DNA of 64,000 nucleotides from a virus (Duplodnaviria; Caudoviricetes): IMG/VR virus record IMGVR_UViG_3300042922_001473; one strand, 5' to 3'. Shown piece by piece: positions 59,529 to 64,000 of this stretch (position 1 is its first letter; each line of letters starts with the position of its first letter). The notes under the pieces were generated by a model. It saw only the letters and a program-made list of their open reading frames with translations, ran no database searches and was not told where the DNA came from. The position numbers and the translations under genes were made by a program.

Positions 59529-59792
59529 TTATTGTGGTTCAGCTTTACAAAAAAAATAAATTTCATCATCACTTACATCTGAAAATGTAGCATTATACCT
59601 TCTGGCAGTGAATATCCAAGAATCGGAAAAATCTACTCCATGTCTTTTCATTGACTCTTTTAAATCCATTATCGCCTCATTCTTTGCGTCTTTGCAGAAT
59701 CCAAATATTCTTTTAGTGCATTTCACAACATTTCCATGTTGGTTTTCTACAATAATCAGACCGCCATAAAGTCTATCCATTCCCATAATCAC
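59529..59792 (-). CDS. Hypothetical protein
   Basis: GAGGTAGGTG upstream, in operon. Confidence 0.65.
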   Translation of the reverse strand: MIMGMDRLYGGLIIVENQHGNVVKCTKRIFGFCKDAKNEAIMDLKESMKRHGVDFSDSWIFTARRYNATFSDVSDDEIYFFCKAEPQ

Positions 59793-59848
59793 CTACCTCA
59801 TTAAATATTAATTTGATGTCACAACTAAATTCTAATGTCCGTTTTTTA

Positions 59849-60130
59849 TCAATCATTTATTTCATTAATTCTACTCGTTCTTCTTATTCTTTCATTATTC
59901 TTATTCGCCTCATTGCTTTGATTAATTTTAATAATTTCAAATTCTTCTCTACTATAATCATTTTTTATATTATTATCATGATTTAATATAGCTTTAGAGT
60001 GTTTAAAAGAATAATTAAATAATACCCTCAATATCTTATATGTAATCTTCATTAAAGAATTAAATAATGAACAAAATATTATTGTAATAGTTGCAAATAT
60101 ATTTCCTAATATAAATCCAAATCCAAACAT
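59849..60130 (-). CDS. Small membrane-anchored protein
   Basis: AGGAGG RBS; hydrophobic N-terminus. Confidence 0.7.
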   Translation of the reverse strand: MFGFGFILGNIFATITIIFCSLFNSLMKITYKILRVLFNYSFKHSKAILNHDNNIKNDYSREEFEIIKINQSNEANKNNERIRRTSRINEIND

Positions 60131-60276
60131 ATTTTAACCTCCTACTTCTCTATATTCTTATAATATCATTTTTTAAGTAATTTGTCAATTATATTTTACA
60201 TTTTAGATTTACAAATTATTTTTATTGTGGTATAATATAATTACAGAAATTAATTTAGTTATTATTAGGAGACTTT

Positions 60277-61668
60277 ATGAACATTCAAGATGTATTTAAA
60301 AATGCAAAAGCACAAATTAGCTTTAATGAATTAATTAAAATAGATAAAGACAATTACGATTCAGTAGTAGATATATTCCCTGGTCTTGGCAATCTTACTT
60401 ATGAAGAAATAAAACAAAGTTTTGATAATCAGAAGCTTAACCCAGACAATATATATTATTGTTTAAATTCAATATATCCATTTTGGTATATAGAAGGTCA
60501 TTGTCAAATTTCAATACATTTGTCTAAAGGTGATATTGAAGATATTTTCGAATTTTTGAAGATTAAGGAAACTTTAGATGTAAGAAATAAATTTTTACAG
60601 GAATATTGGGAGAAAAAAGAATATCTCAGCTATTTTTCTCTTGTAACACCACAATTTAATTTTGCTTTATTTCAAGAAAAGATAAATGAACTCCCCAATA
60701 ATATGCTATATGATATTTTTCTAATGCTTTACACAAGTAGTGATTATGGATTTAAAGATATTCCAGAAAACATCATTAGAAAAATATTTCAAAGTAAATT
60801 AGATAGAAATATGTTAACTAATGAAATGTTAATTAATAATTTGCCTCTTGATGAAAATGGTAATGTTATAATCTATAGAGGTATGGCAAGCGAATCATCC
60901 CCCATAGATAAAGCATTTTCGTGGACAACAAATATAAATACTGCCATTACCTTTGCAGTTAGATTTAGTACCGAAAAGTCAGTAATATACAAAGCCACAG
61001 TATCAATTAACAATATAATTGATTATATTGAAGAACCTGAAAGTGAAGTTTTAGTATTTCCTGAGCACATTATTTCTCCTCAAATTATTAATTCATACTC
61101 ATTAAAAGACTTAATAGATAGTAAAGAATTCGATAAGTACTTAGAATTTTGGAAGTACAAAAATTATACTATAACAAATAGCCCTGAATTATACGCTAAT
61201 GAACCTCATGGAATACTTCATGCCAAAAGAGTTACCTTCCTAACAGTAATATATAGCTATTTCATGAAATTAGACTACGCTGATATGAATATACTTGCTT
61301 GTGCAGGAGCTTGGCATGATATAGGAAGAAATAATGATAGAGATGATAATATACATGGTAGAAAAAGTGTAAGCAAAATAAAAAACTTAAAATTAGATAA
61401 AAATATGGAATTGGATAAAAAAGATAAAAGCATTTTATATGCCATTATATTAAATCACTGCATAGACGATAATATTGGTATCAAAAGCATTTTAGATGAT
61501 AAAAATATCATTGATAAAGAAAAAGCTGTTAGCTTATATAAGATATTTAAAGACTGTGATGCTCTTGATAGAATTAGGATAAAAGACCTTGATTTAAAGT
61601 ATCTAAGAAATGATATATCAAATAAATTAATAATAGTAGCTGGCCAATTATATCAAACAATGAAGTAA
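60277..61668 (+). CDS. R-S-E-type ADP-ribosyltransferase-like domain fused to an HD domain
   Basis: IYRGM / FSWTT..A..FA / ESEVLV; then HGILHAKRV / WHDIGR / HG / HC / KDCDALDR. Confidence 0.8.
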   Translation: MNIQDVFKNAKAQISFNELIKIDKDNYDSVVDIFPGLGNLTYEEIKQSFDNQKLNPDNIYYCLNSIYPFWYIEGHCQISIHLSKGDIEDIFEFLKIKETLDVRNKFLQEYWEKKEYLSYFSLVTPQFNFALFQEKINELPNNMLYDIFLMLYTSSDYGFKDIPENIIRKIFQSKLDRNMLTNEMLINNLPLDENGNVIIYRGMASESSPIDKAFSWTTNINTAITFAVRFSTEKSVIYKATVSINNIIDYIEEPESEVLVFPEHIISPQIINSYSLKDLIDSKEFDKYLEFWKYKNYTITNSPELYANEPHGILHAKRVTFLTVIYSYFMKLDYADMNILACAGAWHDIGRNNDRDDNIHGRKSVSKIKNLKLDKNMELDKKDKSILYAIILNHCIDDNIGIKSILDDKNIIDKEKAVSLYKIFKDCDALDRIRIKDLDLKYLRNDISNKLIIVAGQLYQTMK

Positions 61669-61751
61669 ATAAAAAGCAACTTATGTAAAACATAAGTTGC
61701 TTTTTTAATATATTGCAAGTTTTAAATGTTGGTCGATTTATTTTAGTATCT

Positions 61752-61934
61752 TTAATCTTTTTCAATAACAATATATGCTTGTGTTCTGGAATCGCTTTTT
61801 ACCACATTAAATGCAACTATATGCTTGACTTTCCACCCTTCTTCCAAATATTTATTTACTTCGTTTAAACCGTCGTTTACCCTTGAACTTGATACTTCTT
61901 CACTTCTAACCCATATAACTTTTTCCATTATCAC
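61752..61934 (-). CDS. Small hypothetical protein
   Basis: LNEVNKYLEEGWKV motif. Confidence 0.65.
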   Translation of the reverse strand: MIMEKVIWVRSEEVSSSRVNDGLNEVNKYLEEGWKVKHIVAFNVVKSDSRTQAYIVIEKD

Positions 61935-61970
61935 CCATCCTTTTACATAATTTTATCACAATACGAATTA

Positions 61971-62783
61971 TCATACCATAACTTCTTCTGATACTTTATA
62001 AATTTCAATTATATCACTTTTAGGAACTTTACAATAATTGTCAATCAATGGTTCATTACCTTCGTAATGTTCATAATTTCTATCGTTTAATAAATTCTTA
62101 CTTAAAATATAGTAATCGCCTTTATCATAATATATATTATCTAATGGATTTTCAAATCTATCATCCCATGTATTTGTTATTCGAATTATATTCCCATCAA
62201 CAAACTTCATATACCAATTATGTAATATATGCTTATATGTTCTTTTTTCTGATTTAATTAAAATATTATAAGATGCCAAATACTTCTCTGTTTTTCCATA
62301 ATATAAAAGATATAAGCCATCGCAATAATTAACCCATTCTTCGTTTGTACCAAACTTAGGTAGCCAATAACATTCTATTTCTGGTTTATATTCATTAATT
62401 TCACCTGTCAATGAATACTTTAAATACATTTTAAGTATCGCTCTTGATTTATCAGCACAACACGAATTTCCTTCTCTTAATACACATAAATTTCTAATAT
62501 TTTGTTCTAAAAAATTATAATTCAAATAGATAAAATTAGGTTTATTTGTATCTTTTATTTCTAATGAAGGTAAATCATGTATCCCATTTGCAAGAGAGTT
62601 CAGTCCCCTATTAAATTTACTTATAATCATACTATTAAAACTCTCTGGATTGGAAAAATTATATCCAGAGTTTTTTAAGCTTTCCAAAGAATCCATAATT
62701 AGTCTTCCGAATTTTTCATTATCTTCTTTAATAATAGAATCAAACATACCTTTAATACATTCTTCTAATTTTTCTTTATTCAA
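61971..62783 (-). CDS. Hypothetical protein, paralogue of 28329-28889 with extra C-terminal domain
   Basis: AGGGGGA then TTG 62783; shared CC.DK block. Confidence 0.8.
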   Translation of the reverse strand: MNKEKLEECIKGMFDSIIKEDNEKFGRLIMDSLESLKNSGYNFSNPESFNSMIISKFNRGLNSLANGIHDLPSLEIKDTNKPNFIYLNYNFLEQNIRNLCVLREGNSCCADKSRAILKMYLKYSLTGEINEYKPEIECYWLPKFGTNEEWVNYCDGLYLLYYGKTEKYLASYNILIKSEKRTYKHILHNWYMKFVDGNIIRITNTWDDRFENPLDNIYYDKGDYYILSKNLLNDRNYEHYEGNEPLIDNYCKVPKSDIIEIYKVSEEVMV

Positions 62784-62784
62784 T

Positions 62785-63132
62785 CTAATCCCCCTCTTTA
62801 TTACTTTTATTCTTTTCATACATTTTATTTTCAATATCCCGTTGTTCGTCAAGATAATTTCTGCCTGGAACAATTTCGAAGTATTCCTCAAGTTGAGATT
62901 CATTAATAACTAAAACCTCAAATCCATGTGGAGCTTCTCCGAATTCTTCCCCATATGGATGTGTTTGTAATGGTTGCATCACAAACATATCTATATTCTT
63001 AGAATCTATACTGTGACCAAAGTCGGTACATATCCAATCACTATCTTGATGCATATATGTAATTGCATTAATTTGGTCATTTGCTTTTTCTTTTTTTACC
63101 TTATATACGGTTGTCCACTTTTTGCATTCCAC
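62785..63132 (-). CDS. Hypothetical protein
   Basis: AGGAGG then GTG. Confidence 0.7.
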   Translation of the reverse strand: MECKKWTTVYKVKKEKANDQINAITYMHQDSDWICTDFGHSIDSKNIDMFVMQPLQTHPYGEEFGEAPHGFEVLVINESQLEEYFEIVPGRNYLDEQRDIENKMYEKNKSNKEGD

Positions 63133-63227
63133 ACTTCTTTCCTCCTACAACAATTTATTATTTATCTATATTTTTAAGTGAGAACATCTGAATATGTAAG
63201 AAATTCCCCATACTTATTATCTATTTA

Positions 63228-63500
63228 TTACTTTATTAATGCTTTATCTAATATGTCAAAATTAAATAGTTTATCATCTTCAATATTAACAGCATACATT
63301 TTTCCACCACATAATTTTAGCATTGGTCGACCAGTTTTTTTACATTTAAAAAGTTTTGCAGGCATTCTTCTAACAATACCTTCGCCACAATCATATCCGC
63401 CCCCAACATATGTAGTTGTTTCATTTTTATAGAACCCGTAATTCACGTCTGTAACAATATAAATTACATCACCACTTTTATTTTTAAAAATTATATTCAT
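63228..63500 (-). CDS. Hypothetical protein
   Basis: AAGGA RBS, in operon. Confidence 0.65.
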   Translation of the reverse strand: MNIIFKNKSGDVIYIVTDVNYGFYKNETTTYVGGGYDCGEGIVRRMPAKLFKCKKTGRPMLKLCGGKMYAVNIEDDKLFNFDILDKALIK

Positions 63501-63527
63501 TTAATTATCATCCTTAGCTCTTATTTT

Positions 63528-63869
63528 TCAATCTACATATTCCCAATCACTGTATTTTGATAAATCCAACTTTCCAGTTTCATATATTTCTTTAATCATT
63601 GAATTACATGTATCTTTATCTATATTCGGGAAAACTAATATCTGTTCATCTTTATCCATTATGCATAATCCCTCTGTTAAAGATACTTCTTCACTATTTT
63701 CTGAAAATCTTTCAGTTATGGAACTAAATATTGAAAAACTTTCTTCTTTTTCAATTTCTACTTCTTCACCCTCTGGAAGTTCTTCATATAAATCATTAGT
63801 ATAAGCTATATAATTTATTTCATTTACCAGATAACCGTCTATTTCTGAATCATAATATATTATTCTCAA
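63528..63869 (-). CDS. Acidic hypothetical protein
   Basis: GGAGGAGG then TTG. Confidence 0.7.
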   Translation of the reverse strand: MRIIYYDSEIDGYLVNEINYIAYTNDLYEELPEGEEVEIEKEESFSIFSSITERFSENSEEVSLTEGLCIMDKDEQILVFPNIDKDTCNSMIKEIYETGKLDLSKYSDWEYVD

Positions 63870-63890
63870 CTAAAATCCTCCTCCGTTTTG

Positions 63891-64000
63891 TTATTTATAC
63901 AAATATTCTGTTCTTACTTCTGTTTTTCCACAATCATTGCATATATAGGTTATTTTAGCTATTTTAGTATTTATATCTTTTACTTTAATATCTTTTTCTT
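63891..64000 (-). CDS. 3' end of a Zn-ribbon-containing ORF (truncated by window edge)
   Basis: ...ITYICNDCGKTEVRTEYLYK*. Confidence 0.55.
   Translation of the reverse strand, partial: EKDIKVKDINTKIAKITYICNDCGKTEVRTEYLYK

Noticed and set aside
628-63432. Many short tracked ORFs antisense to or nested in longer genes (e.g. 628, 4269, 6626, 8276, 9320, 14470, 16079, 16083, 17284, 23860, 25177, 25203, 25373, 29925, 31549, 33261, 34596, 39862, 40082, 43569, 44077, 44618, 45145, 48762, 49900, 52025, 58425, 61574, 62048, 62650, 62974, 63178)
   Set aside because: They overlap better-supported genes, lack convincing RBSs and have shadow-frame composition.
1-64000. tRNA/rRNA genes, IS elements, integrase, virion or conjugation genes
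   Set aside because: No recognisable motifs by eye, so plasmid versus phage identity cannot be settled from this window.

Overview
Very AT-rich window of roughly 100 mostly short, often monocistronic CDSs with Firmicute-type RBSs, sigma-A promoters and frequent bidirectional terminators. I found no rRNA, tRNA, CRISPR-Cas, transposase, virion-structural or core housekeeping operons. It reads as the accessory region of a large extrachromosomal element (megaplasmid or jumbo-phage-like) of a low-GC Firmicute, probably Clostridia-like. Recognisable genes: two UvrD/PcrA-type helicases, RadA/Sms, dUTPase (one intact, one degenerate duplicate), two adenine MTases (one beside a broken DUF262-HNH nuclease), a radical SAM enzyme, a ParB-like domain, CYTH, YqeY, a pol-beta-type nucleotidyltransferase, a NADAR-like+macrodomain fusion, several ADP-ribosyltransferase-like genes, a SpoIIID-like HTH and a 1121-aa triple-GHKL/HExxH protein. 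The best signals lie outside the ORF track: (i) a tandem array of three RBS-led 10-codon micro-genes, MFFP(D/N)(G/S)(F/I)SW(F/L/I), at 1288-1498; (ii) a 14-bp palindromic operator (TTGACTATAGTCAA-like) at 8 dispersed promoters, overlapping the -35 box in 7; (iii) four covarying hairpins with ~80-nt period between a -10 box and a terminator (27500-27880); (iv) a 1.8-kb field of TGTGA motifs in 12-bp-phased triplets (centromere-like); (v) a 1.4-kb ORF-free region with 30-bp repeats and a dif-like 28-mer near the transcription convergence; (vi) three genes that appear to need AUU/AUA start codons. All family assignments come from motifs recognised by eye; no searches were run.
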